DNA of 58,449 bases from a virus (lineage: Duplodnaviria; Caudoviricetes): positions 1 through 58,449 of IMG/VR virus record IMGVR_UViG_3300017913_001414; one strand, written 5' to 3'. The translations under genes and the position numbers were made by a program. Shown here one piece after another: positions 38,327 to 46,463 of this stretch (the first letter of the stretch is position 1; each line of letters starts with the position of its first letter). Below the pieces are notes generated by a model. It ran no database searches and was not told the DNA's origin. It worked only from the letters and a program-made list of their open reading frames with translations.

Positions 38327-38637
38327 TTTACAATCTCCAAATAACTTTCACCCTGATTTTCTCTGAGCAGCTTATACACTCGCTCGACATTTTGATAAAC
38401 CTCTTTGGCTATCTCAGGGTCTTGAACAAACTCAGTGACAACATTCAGGTTGTCACCAAACCAATCGCTACACCCATTAAGCGCATACAGTATCTCTGGT
38501 AGGACAGAGATAATAAACTCGTATTGCTTATTGGGTTCGCAGACAACGTCACCCGTAGACTTGCTACGGATGACGAGGCCATCTGCATCCCAAGTGTCGT
38601 AAGACACCTTGCGCCAGTGACCATTTTTATGTGGCAT
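38323..38637 (-). CDS. hypothetical protein
   Basis: AGGAGG RBS; MPH..G.W start. Confidence 0.65.
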   Translation of the reverse strand: MPHKNGHWRKVSYDTWDADGLVIRSKSTGDVVCEPNKQYEFIISVLPEILYALNGCSDWFGDNLNVVTEFVQDPEIAKEVYQNVERVYKLLRENQGESYLEIVK

Positions 38638-38646
38638 ATAATCCTC

Positions 38647-39534
38647 CTATAGTTCATCAAGTAGTTGTGAAAGAACCTCGCCCTTTGTGCGGCGGCGCAG
38701 CAACGCCTCTGCATCGGAAAGGTTCACGCCGATACCATGCACTGGTGTGTCAGACCCGTCAAGGCTTGTGACCCATCGCTCATGCTCCTCAGCCCTACCA
38801 TTTCTCGATACAATTACACGGCATTTGTAGACAGATATACCATCCTCAGACAGTCGTTTGACTTCACGCTTCTTGGCTTGAAGTACAAACACCTGACGCA
38901 GCTTCGGGTCTTTGATGACACTCAGCCCACGATTGTAGACCTGAGACAGCCAAGCTGGAGAAACATGAACAATGTTCTCAGCATAGTGCTGCTTCTCTGG
39001 TCTAGGCTCTATGCCTACTGGCTCTTTACCACAATAGACTTTCCAGTATGAGCGTTGGAACGTGTCGCATATTGTGCGATAGGCAACAATCTGACTGTCA
39101 TCTTTGTGGCGAGACATGGGTTGGTAGTCGTCACACTTTTGGAGACCCTTGCGGTAATCCCTGATTGCCTCGACTAGCTTTGAGCCGTAATGGTCGAAGG
39201 CACTGCGGAGAGCATACCCAGCTTCGCCGCCAAGTTTTTCCACAATGTCTTCGGCTGTAGAGAAGTCATCATTCCTCGAATATGAAGCCCTGCTAAACTG
39301 CCCCAACGCTTTGCTCGGAAGACCATACTTGGCACAGTGGTCTTTGAGTTCCTGCTTGGCAAACTGATGCATCTTATGTGCATACTCCGCTAGACGGGCG
39401 CGGGAAGCACTATTGCGAAGGAAGCCGATATCGCTATCGTCTGGGTTTGCCTCCGCGTGTTTGTGCAGATGAATTAAGTTCAGCAGCGTTGCGGGGTTAT
39501 CCCGCACCGCCTTCTTGTCATTATCGTGTATCAT
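38647..39534 (-). CDS. hypothetical early protein
   Basis: Start corrected to MIHDND after a GGAGG RBS; the upstream part of the listed ORF overlaps the VWA gene. Confidence 0.7.
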   Translation of the reverse strand: MIHDNDKKAVRDNPATLLNLIHLHKHAEANPDDSDIGFLRNSASRARLAEYAHKMHQFAKQELKDHCAKYGLPSKALGQFSRASYSRNDDFSTAEDIVEKLGGEAGYALRSAFDHYGSKLVEAIRDYRKGLQKCDDYQPMSRHKDDSQIVAYRTICDTFQRSYWKVYCGKEPVGIEPRPEKQHYAENIVHVSPAWLSQVYNRGLSVIKDPKLRQVFVLQAKKREVKRLSEDGISVYKCRVIVSRNGRAEEHERWVTSLDGSDTPVHGIGVNLSDAEALLRRRTKGEVLSQLLDEL

Positions 39535-39535
39535 A

Positions 39536-40693
39536 TCAAACCTCCATTTGTAGATAAGTTGTTTCACCGAATGGTGCTTCTGGGGTGCGGTCATTCGTGC
39601 CGACCCACAGGACAGGATAGTCGGGTGCATCATTCGGATAGTCATTGACCTCAAGGTCAGACAGGTAGACAAGATTGTCCACCGCCAGTTGGTGTTCGGC
39701 AATGTAGTTGAACACTGGCCTGACCCGTGTGCCGCCTCGACCTTTGGCAGAAAAGTTATCGATAACTTCTCCCTGCTCATAGGTCTTGGTGTATTGCACC
39801 TCAGTGTCACAGGCAATCACAGTGATGCTGCGCGGTGACAGTTCATCACTGATGGCGTTCATCTCACCAAGAAAGTGAGCCAGTTCATTAGCCGATACTG
39901 ACGCACTGGTATCAATGGCAATCACCACATCGCCAGTGCCAATCTTGTCAACCGAAGGCATCACCATTTGATACTGGTGGTATGCCTTGCGGTGTGGGCG
40001 CGACCATGAGTAGTCATCTGGCTGGTCACCACCAACAAAGCGGCGCAGCACATCACGCCAGTCAACCTGTGACCGCTTCATGCGGTCAACCAGTTGCTCG
40101 ATTTGCGCTGGCAGCTTGCCGACAGCTTTGGCAGATGCGGCGGCGATAAACACCTTTTGCTCCACATCAGCCTCAGCCATCTTTTTCTCAGCGTCAGACA
40201 GTTCCGACCCGTCAGGATTGGTCATGTCCAACACCATGCCCCAGCCAGCAGCATTGTCACTGGCGTCAGTTGGAAGGCGGTCATAGATAGCCTCAGCCGA
40301 CAGGTCAGCATACTGCTTGTCATGAAGGCCGCCCTCAGGGAGAACAAAGGCAGGCGTATAGTCGCCGTTCTTATCTTTCTCCTGAGCAGACAGAATGATG
40401 TCATTGATGGCATAGTCACAGGCCACATTCCATCTGTCCTTGTCGCGCTCACCGCGCCGCAGCATGTGCTTGAAAACGACATGCAGCACCTCGTGAGCAA
40501 TCACACCACGGATTTCTTCCTCAGTGTGTTCGTCAATGAAACCAGCGGAGTAGAATATACTACGCCCGTCAGTTGCCATTGTTTCTATCTCTTGGCTCTC
40601 AACGAAAGCGAGAGATAGGGCGCACGAACCAAAGAACGGCTGGCGTATGAGCAAGCGCGTCTTGGCTCGTGCAATCTTATCGGATGCGTTCAT
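39536..40693 (-). CDS. metallopeptidase-VWA protein (DUF2201-like)
   Basis: TMATDG, HEVLH (HEXXH), WN.ACDYAIN, MIDAS DTSAS, GRGGT. Confidence 0.9.
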   Translation of the reverse strand: MNASDKIARAKTRLLIRQPFFGSCALSLAFVESQEIETMATDGRSIFYSAGFIDEHTEEEIRGVIAHEVLHVVFKHMLRRGERDKDRWNVACDYAINDIILSAQEKDKNGDYTPAFVLPEGGLHDKQYADLSAEAIYDRLPTDASDNAAGWGMVLDMTNPDGSELSDAEKKMAEADVEQKVFIAAASAKAVGKLPAQIEQLVDRMKRSQVDWRDVLRRFVGGDQPDDYSWSRPHRKAYHQYQMVMPSVDKIGTGDVVIAIDTSASVSANELAHFLGEMNAISDELSPRSITVIACDTEVQYTKTYEQGEVIDNFSAKGRGGTRVRPVFNYIAEHQLAVDNLVYLSDLEVNDYPNDAPDYPVLWVGTNDRTPEAPFGETTYLQMEV

Positions 40694-40701
40694 GCAACCT
40701 C

Positions 40702-41721
40702 CTACAGGACTAGTGATTTACCCTTAGTCAAAATCCATTGCTTGACCGCCTCAGCGCGTTTCAACTCAGGGTCGCGGTTCAGCGCATCCTTGATGGTGAA
40801 GGCCGCAAATTCCTGATGCGGTAAGCGGTTGAGATATTTGACCACATTGGCAATGTTCGACTTGTTGGCCTTGTGAGCCAGCGCAGCGCAGATGGCATAG
40901 CCGATGGACGGGTCTTCTGAGACCTCAGCCGTGTCGGGGTTTGCAATCAGCTTGTCGATATCTGGGCAGGTCTCATAGACACGCAGGAAGCCGACAAAAT
41001 CAGCCGCCGCACCCTGTCCAACCTGACCAGCCAGTGCCTCATTCTGACAGGTGCTGTCCAGCTTCCATTGCAGGACGCTAGACACACGCTCCCATGAGCG
41101 AGGTGAGGGACACGCATTTGCATCGCGGTCAAACTTGTGCAGGAACTCAGGGCGAAAGCGCAGGAAGGCGCAGACGCGAGGGTCTATCTGCTTGCTGTTG
41201 AAATAACCGACAGTGTCCTCAAGGTCAGCCTCGACCTCTAGGAACATCAGGCGGTCACGCAGGTGTGTGGGCATCTGGTTCGTGCCAGCCTTGTCGCTGG
41301 TGCGGTTACCAGCCGCCACAATCACCCAGCCATCTGGCAGGTGGTGTTGGCCTACACGCCGTTCATTGACGATTTGTGCCGCGATATTCTGATTGGCAAC
41401 AGGGGCTTGGGGCAATTCGTCTAGGAACAAAATACCTTCGCCATCTGCTGGCATCCAGTCAGGACGGGCGCGATACATGGTCTCGCCATCTTTGTTGGGT
41501 AACACCCAGCCAGCCAATTCGCCAGCGTCATACTGAGCCAGCGACACGATGCGGCAGTCAACGCCACGCGCATCTGCAACATCTTGGATGATGGTTGTCT
41601 TGCCCAAGCCTGCGCCGCCCACAAGGTACGGCACGACATACTGGGCATCCCGCCCGTCAGTGATTGACAGGTTGCTGTCGATTGAAGCCTCGACAATGGC
41701 TTTTGCTTGTGAAAGTTTCAT
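40702..41721 (-). CDS. MoxR-like AAA+ ATPase
   Basis: Walker A GGAGLGKT, Walker B LFLDE, AAGNR..D.AG, L.DR, PSPRSWE. Confidence 0.92.
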   Translation of the reverse strand: MKLSQAKAIVEASIDSNLSITDGRDAQYVVPYLVGGAGLGKTTIIQDVADARGVDCRIVSLAQYDAGELAGWVLPNKDGETMYRARPDWMPADGEGILFLDELPQAPVANQNIAAQIVNERRVGQHHLPDGWVIVAAGNRTSDKAGTNQMPTHLRDRLMFLEVEADLEDTVGYFNSKQIDPRVCAFLRFRPEFLHKFDRDANACPSPRSWERVSSVLQWKLDSTCQNEALAGQVGQGAAADFVGFLRVYETCPDIDKLIANPDTAEVSEDPSIGYAICAALAHKANKSNIANVVKYLNRLPHQEFAAFTIKDALNRDPELKRAEAVKQWILTKGKSLVL

Positions 41722-41745
41722 GTAACTTTACCTCCGTTCATGAAT

Positions 41746-41799
41746 TGCTGTTTCGACCTAGTCGGTCTCATCAGTGCAGGTCACTACCTACAGACAGCA
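41746..41799 (-). ncRNA. type III hammerhead ribozyme (HH1)
   Basis: RNA: UGCUGU-C^-UGUAGGU AGUG ACCUGCA-CUGAUGA-GACC GACUA GGUC-GAA-ACAGCA; full core and three stems; predicted cut between 41793 and 41792. Confidence 0.93.
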
Positions 41800-41800
41800 G

Positions 41801-41824
41801 GCAGGGCGACCTAAGCCGCCCCGC
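41801..41824 (-). other. GC-rich hairpin immediately 5' of HH1
   Basis: GCGGGGCGGC-UUAG-GUCGCCCUGC; no U-tract. Confidence 0.7.
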
Positions 41825-41833
41825 CCGTTCTCA

Positions 41834-42238
41834 CTAAGAGACCGCTACCGCGCTCTCCAGTTGAGCCTCAATCTTCTGCACATCTTCAGCGAGTTTTTCG
41901 GTTGCCTCGACAACAGCGTCCAGTGCAGACATGTCGGTGCGGGGCAAACCCAAGCGCTTGATTACACCAGCAGGGAAGTGCCGTGCTGGGTGCAGTGCAA
42001 CCCGATGGGCTTTCGTGATGACGCTAGCGAGTGCCGTTGAAAGCACGTTGTAGCTTATCTCGAAGCCGCCCAAGCTATCGGCGTAGATAACGCCGAAGTC
42101 ATCTTCGGGGTCTAGCCAGTCGCCAGCCACAAAGTGAGCAACCTCATAGTGCCGAATTTGCACATCAAAGTTTGCATCTTTGTTCTCGATGACAGCGAGA
42201 TAGAATTTGTTGGCGAGTGGGATTGTGATTTGAGCCAT
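41834..42238 (-). CDS. hypothetical early protein flanked by two hammerheads
   Basis: Start corrected to MAQITIP after a GGAGGU RBS. Confidence 0.75.
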   Translation of the reverse strand: MAQITIPLANKFYLAVIENKDANFDVQIRHYEVAHFVAGDWLDPEDDFGVIYADSLGGFEISYNVLSTALASVITKAHRVALHPARHFPAGVIKRLGLPRTDMSALDAVVEATEKLAEDVQKIEAQLESAVAVS

Positions 42239-42267
42239 GTGAACCTCCGAATGTTTCATGGAACTTT

Positions 42268-42322
42268 TTGCTGTTTCGGCATATTAGCCTCATCAGTGCG
42301 GGTCACTACCCGCAGACAGCAA
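42268..42322 (-). ncRNA. type III hammerhead ribozyme (HH2)
   Basis: RNA: UUGCUGU-C^-UGCGGGU AGUG ACCCGCA-CUGAUGA-GGC UAAUAU GCC-GAA-ACAGCAA; predicted cut between 42315 and 42314. Confidence 0.93.
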
Positions 42323-42352
42323 GCGGGGCAGCCAGAGGGATAGCCGCCCCGC
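42323..42352 (-). other. GC-rich hairpin immediately 5' of HH2
   Basis: GCGGGGCGGCUA-loop-UGGCUGCCCCGC. Confidence 0.7.
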
Positions 42353-42358
42353 CCGTTG

Positions 42359-43024
42359 TTACTCAGCCGCGAAAGCCTCGACAACGTCTTCGACAGTGTC
42401 GGCTTCCTCAGCAGCAGCCTGAGCCGCAGCGCGAATGTCATGCTTGCGATGCACCGCATCGGTCAGCTTGGCAACGAAAGCAGCCAGTGCTTCCAACTCA
42501 TCATTGCGGTCATCAAAGCCGTTGAGCAGCGCAGCAGCCTCGCTGATATTGCCAGTCTTGGTCTCGCGACCAACAACCTTTTCGACAAGCAAATCTTCCT
42601 GAGATTTCTCATCATCACCGCAAACCAGCTTGCGAAGCTTGGCCTCGCTGGTCACCTCAGCCTGCTCGAATGCTTCAAGCACAGCGTCAGCAGTCACGTT
42701 AGTGCCTTCGCCAGTTGAGAAGCCGAAGTAGCGCACAGCCGCTTGACTGTTCTCGACATACTTTTTGATGGTTGCAGGCTTGAGGCCGCAATCAATCTCA
42801 AGCAAATCGCGAATGTCTTTGGCGATGGACACGGGCAGCTTGCCCTTAGCTGTCCATTCGTTCTTGCACATTTCAGCAATCAGGTCTGCATAACACGCAA
42901 CCTTCAGCACGTTGGCTTGGTCAGTGTTGGCTGCATTGTCAGCACGAAGCGTTGCAATGCCACCCTCACGATTTGCGATGTTGTCCAGAATGTCCTGCTC
43001 GAATGAAAGAGTGAATTTAGTCAT
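42359..43024 (-). CDS. acidic helical hypothetical protein, first early gene
   Basis: 221 aa, A/E/D-rich; GGAGGU RBS; lies between HH3 and HH2. Confidence 0.8.
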   Translation of the reverse strand: MTKFTLSFEQDILDNIANREGGIATLRADNAANTDQANVLKVACYADLIAEMCKNEWTAKGKLPVSIAKDIRDLLEIDCGLKPATIKKYVENSQAAVRYFGFSTGEGTNVTADAVLEAFEQAEVTSEAKLRKLVCGDDEKSQEDLLVEKVVGRETKTGNISEAAALLNGFDDRNDELEALAAFVAKLTDAVHRKHDIRAAAQAAAEEADTVEDVVEAFAAE

Positions 43025-43046
43025 GGTGTAACCTCCGATTGGTAAA

Positions 43047-43099
43047 CTCTGTTTCGGCCTTTAGGCCTCATCAGGGGCAGCACACACTGCCCGACAGAG
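43047..43099 (-). ncRNA. type III hammerhead ribozyme (HH3)
   Basis: RNA: CUCUGU-C^-GGGCAG UGUGUG CUGCCC-CUGAUGA-GGCC UAAA GGCC-GAA-ACAGAG; predicted cut between 43093 and 43092. Confidence 0.94.
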
Positions 43100-43261
43100 C
43101 CTTGCCGCCGTTGGACTGTAATCAAACGTGTACCTCAGGACGGGTGGAAGATTAGGTTGGCTAGCATCACCTGAGGGTCTCTCACCCCAGCAGCTAGCGA
43201 GAGCCTGTCTCGCCTTGTTGTTGCGCTTCGTTTTTGGGCAGCGTCCCCATCGGATGACCAT

Positions 43262-43300
43262 TATGTACCGCACCTAGATTTTACAGTCAACACTTTTTTT
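43262..43300 (-). promoter_or_regulatory. sigma70-like early promoter with UP-like A tract
   Basis: Minus strand AAAAAAAGTG-TTGACT-17 nt-TACATA. Confidence 0.6.
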
Positions 43301-43435
43301 ACACCTGTTACAATGCAGGGTGAGTAAGGGTTTGCGGCGATAGTAAATTGTTCCATGTAACTTTTTTTGATACACTGGTGACAGAATTGACGGGGTAAAA
43401 TCCCGCACCAAGCGAAGCGCATGGAAGGCGATACA

Positions 43436-43894
43436 ATGGCTAAGGGTAATAAACCAAATCACCTGTCACTGGTGGCAGATAACCTAACAGGGAAGCAAGA
43501 AGCCTTTGCTCAGAAAGTAGCAGCAGGGGCAGTGCTGTCAGATGCCTACAGGGAAGCCTATGAGGCAGAGAATATGAAGGATAGCAGCATATGGACTGAG
43601 GCCTGCAAGCTAGCGCAGCACCCAAAGGTCTCCCATAGGATTAAAGCTATTCAGGCTGATATTGAGGCAGACCGCCGCACGAGAGAGGCTAGGCGAGAGG
43701 AATACGTTTTGAAAATGCTTCAGGCGGAGGCAGAAGGGGCTGAGACAGACGGGGCAAGGGTTCGTGCGCTGGAATTACTGGGCAAGACCATTGGCATGTT
43801 CACCGACAGGGTTGAGACCGATGACCAAACAGAGCGCAGCGCGGCAGACATTGAGGCTGAGATTCGCAGGACGCTAGCGAGGCTGGGGGATTGA
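43436..43894 (+). CDS. terS: terminase small subunit
   Basis: LT.KQE.FA, AY..AY, A.KL..HPKV..RI, ALELLGK..GMFTDRVE. Confidence 0.85.
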   Translation: MAKGNKPNHLSLVADNLTGKQEAFAQKVAAGAVLSDAYREAYEAENMKDSSIWTEACKLAQHPKVSHRIKAIQADIEADRRTREARREEYVLKMLQAEAEGAETDGARVRALELLGKTIGMFTDRVETDDQTERSAADIEAEIRRTLARLGD

Positions 43895-43996
43895 CGATTC
43901 GGCGGCAGGCTGACCCCCACCGCCCCCCTACCCCCCGTATAATAGATAGAGTACGCGCACGCATACTACATGATGTTCCACTCACCCGATGAGATA

Positions 43997-44578
43997 TTAC
44001 CTCAAATAGTGGATTACACCTTCTTCCCAGTCTTCGATTGGGCATGAAAAGCCAAATATCCAGATATATCTACTTGATTCACCTGTTACAGTGCTAACAC
44101 TATGGGGGTGCTTTGTTGCTGCGTAGCAGTGGAGTTCCCTTTCCTTTGGTAGGAACATCTTATCACCTACGGTTAGGATTCCACCAGCCTCAGAATTTTG
44201 CAAAACAATATTGAAACGGATTCCGTGCCGCCCCATAGGGTGTATCACTGGGTCTATATGCTTGTATGTGTCCCCTCCGGGGTGTGTCACGACACAAATC
44301 ATGCCCGGGCCGCCTCCGACAGCCTCCATGACGGACTTTGGTGTGAAGGAAAAGCTGTCTTTTATGCGCTGGCTTATGTCATGCGCTAGTTTTGGGTACT
44401 CGACATCCCCCTTATAGCGGCGCGTTGTCTGTCGGAAACTGACATCAAATTGTTTCCCATCGACCCTTTCCATACCATTTACAAGGTATCCGCCGGGTTC
44501 TTGCTGCTCTTTCATCCACTGAAGCAGGGTACCCCTTTCTTCTTCTGATATGAAGTCTGGTATGCGTTCAATTCTCAT
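43997..44578 (-). CDS. 2OG-Fe(II) oxygenase-like protein
   Basis: HID (HxD), R.N..LQ..E.GG.L, H.VS.V.G...R..W. Confidence 0.75.
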   Translation of the reverse strand: MRIERIPDFISEEERGTLLQWMKEQQEPGGYLVNGMERVDGKQFDVSFRQTTRRYKGDVEYPKLAHDISQRIKDSFSFTPKSVMEAVGGGPGMICVVTHPGGDTYKHIDPVIHPMGRHGIRFNIVLQNSEAGGILTVGDKMFLPKERELHCYAATKHPHSVSTVTGESSRYIWIFGFSCPIEDWEEGVIHYLR

Positions 44579-44586
44579 GAAATCAC

Positions 44587-45273
44587 CTAAAGGGGCCTAA
44601 GATTCCTAGACAAGGCATCTTCATATAATTTGAAGTCTTCATCATACCTATCAAGAACATCGTTCCACTTTGGGTGTGACTTGATTTCCATGTATCCTAT
44701 AAGGTTGCTTGATTCATTAACCCACGGTGTTTTGGTCGTGGCACCGACCCACTCAGACATTTCATCAAAATGCTCCAAAGCAAACACATGCACCCCATTA
44801 CCCTTCGCTCCCTCTAGATACCATGACTGAGACGTTAGACCAAAAGCAGACTTTAGCGTAACCTTTTTGTCCACCCTCCACCTATTCTCCCACTGGTCGC
44901 GGCCATAAAGAGAATCATCCGCCACAGACACAGGGACAAACGGGCTGACAGTATTTCGTTTCAGTATTTTATTTATCACCCTATCGACATAATCCATAGG
45001 CTCAATAACCTCTGGTACACCCTGAATGTTTTGATAAGCACACCTGATTGCACTCATTATGCGATATTCAGGGTTACGAACAGTGGCAAACATCTTGACT
45101 GGATTTGGATGATTCCTAGTAATCATCTCTGCGTCTAGATAGCAGGGATGAACAAAGAGACCTGCCTTACGATTCGCGCTTCCAAAATTCTGGCCCAATA
45201 CACGCTTAACCGACTGGGTGCCTGCTCTTGGAATCGGGATAAAAAATATATCATATTCAGGAATCCAAACCAT
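44587..45273 (-). CDS. sulfotransferase family protein
   Basis: FIPIPRAGTQS (5'-PSB-like), VRNP..R..S (3'-PB-like), Y..DF..Y. Confidence 0.75.
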   Translation of the reverse strand: MVWIPEYDIFFIPIPRAGTQSVKRVLGQNFGSANRKAGLFVHPCYLDAEMITRNHPNPVKMFATVRNPEYRIMSAIRCAYQNIQGVPEVIEPMDYVDRVINKILKRNTVSPFVPVSVADDSLYGRDQWENRWRVDKKVTLKSAFGLTSQSWYLEGAKGNGVHVFALEHFDEMSEWVGATTKTPWVNESSNLIGYMEIKSHPKWNDVLDRYDEDFKLYEDALSRNLRPL

Positions 45274-46004
45274 TAATTAGCTTCTTTATATACTGCCCAG
45301 TCCCTTTGATATCTGTCCATCATTGTATCAAATAATGGGTGGCCCCGCACCATATCCTTGCTAACTGGCTGTTCCTTAAACCCACTCCTTTCCACATAAT
45401 CAACGTTCCGATTTTTGTGTGGTATATTTGCAACATGTAAACCGTGGTCCCGCAACCAATCAGCCAAATTAGCTAAATTGTCCATTTTGAAAAGAGTGAC
45501 ATCCACGGTAGAGCCTTCAAGCCAAAATGCCTGCCCCGTGTACACAAAGCTAGACATCCTACTGAACTTGGTCTCCTTCCATCTTTGCCTCCAGTCCTTA
45601 TGCGTTACAGGCTCGTAGGTGTTCGGGAGAGTTGGTGTCACCCTAGATTCGTAAATCAGTGAGGATATTGGGTAAACCGATTTTATAGCAATAAGTTCCC
45701 TAAGACTTTTATCAACAAACTCCTCTGGCGTTGATATTCTATTATCGAAACTGTTGAAGTTTTTGCAATGAGATATCCAAGAGTATCTTATGGCGCTGAC
45801 CATCCTATCGTCAGGCTTTCTAACTACCGAGAAAAACTTAGGGGCTTCACCAGTGTGATTTTCTAAAAATTTTTTTGCGTCTAAATAAGTTGGGTGTCCG
45901 CCCCGGTCCTGTCTATCCTCATACCCCTTAAAGATATCTCTAACAGTTTGTGTACCAGTCTTGGGTATTGGTATGAACCACAGCCCCCTGTCTCTAAGCC
46001 ACAT
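45273..46004 (-). CDS. sulfotransferase family protein
   Basis: FIPIPKTGTQT, VRKP.DR.VS, H.N, Y.RDW.VY. Confidence 0.78.
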   Translation of the reverse strand: MWLRDRGLWFIPIPKTGTQTVRDIFKGYEDRQDRGGHPTYLDAKKFLENHTGEAPKFFSVVRKPDDRMVSAIRYSWISHCKNFNSFDNRISTPEEFVDKSLRELIAIKSVYPISSLIYESRVTPTLPNTYEPVTHKDWRQRWKETKFSRMSSFVYTGQAFWLEGSTVDVTLFKMDNLANLADWLRDHGLHVANIPHKNRNVDYVERSGFKEQPVSKDMVRGHPLFDTMMDRYQRDWAVYKEAN

Positions 46005-46192
46005 GACTCCTCCGCCCTTAGTTATATAACTATATTTTATTTAGATAATTATAAATAGTTAGACTAGTCTAACTAGTTATATATAACTATACTTGAGTGG
46101 ATGCAAGATTTTTTTGCATCAGGGGGGTGGGTTTGAGCATTGTCCTCCCTCGGCTCCTCACCCCCCACCTTAACGAGGACGAAGGGGACGTT

Positions 46193-46459
46193 ATGTCTGA
46201 TGATGAAAACATTGTAAGGTTTCCGGGAGCAAAGCGCCCAGATTCCTCTGCGTCCGATAAGGAATTCGATGGTGTCATACCGCCGAAAGAGATGCTTTCC
46301 GCAATATCCTCAGAGGTAAATATGAGCGAGGCTGTTGTTATCGGGTGGACGGATGATGATGACCTATTCATTGCGACTTCACATCCAACGACCTCTGAGG
46401 TAATATGGCTTTTAGAACTGGCAAAAGCCATGTTTGTTAACAAGTCTATTTACGGGTGA
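46193..46459 (+). CDS. conserved phage protein
   Basis: Start corrected to MSDDENIVRF; V.IGW.....LF.A.S....V.WLLE.AK. Confidence 0.7.
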   Translation: MSDDENIVRFPGAKRPDSSASDKEFDGVIPPKEMLSAISSEVNMSEAVVIGWTDDDDLFIATSHPTTSEVIWLLELAKAMFVNKSIYG

Positions 46460-46463
46460 AGAC

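Noticed and set aside
42252-42265. Canonical parS or alphaproteobacterial LexA box
   Set aside because: parS has an 8-nt spacer and the alpha LexA box is a direct repeat (GTTC-N7-GTTC); this motif is an inverted repeat with a 6-nt spacer
41740-43100. The three similar intergenic repeats as a CRISPR array or mobile-element ends
   Set aside because: Separated by whole genes, divergent in sequence but conserved in fold; no cas operon or transposase
43061-43273. 70-aa minus-strand ORF over the leader and HH3
   Set aside because: Starts within the predicted promoter, has no RBS and overlaps the ribozyme
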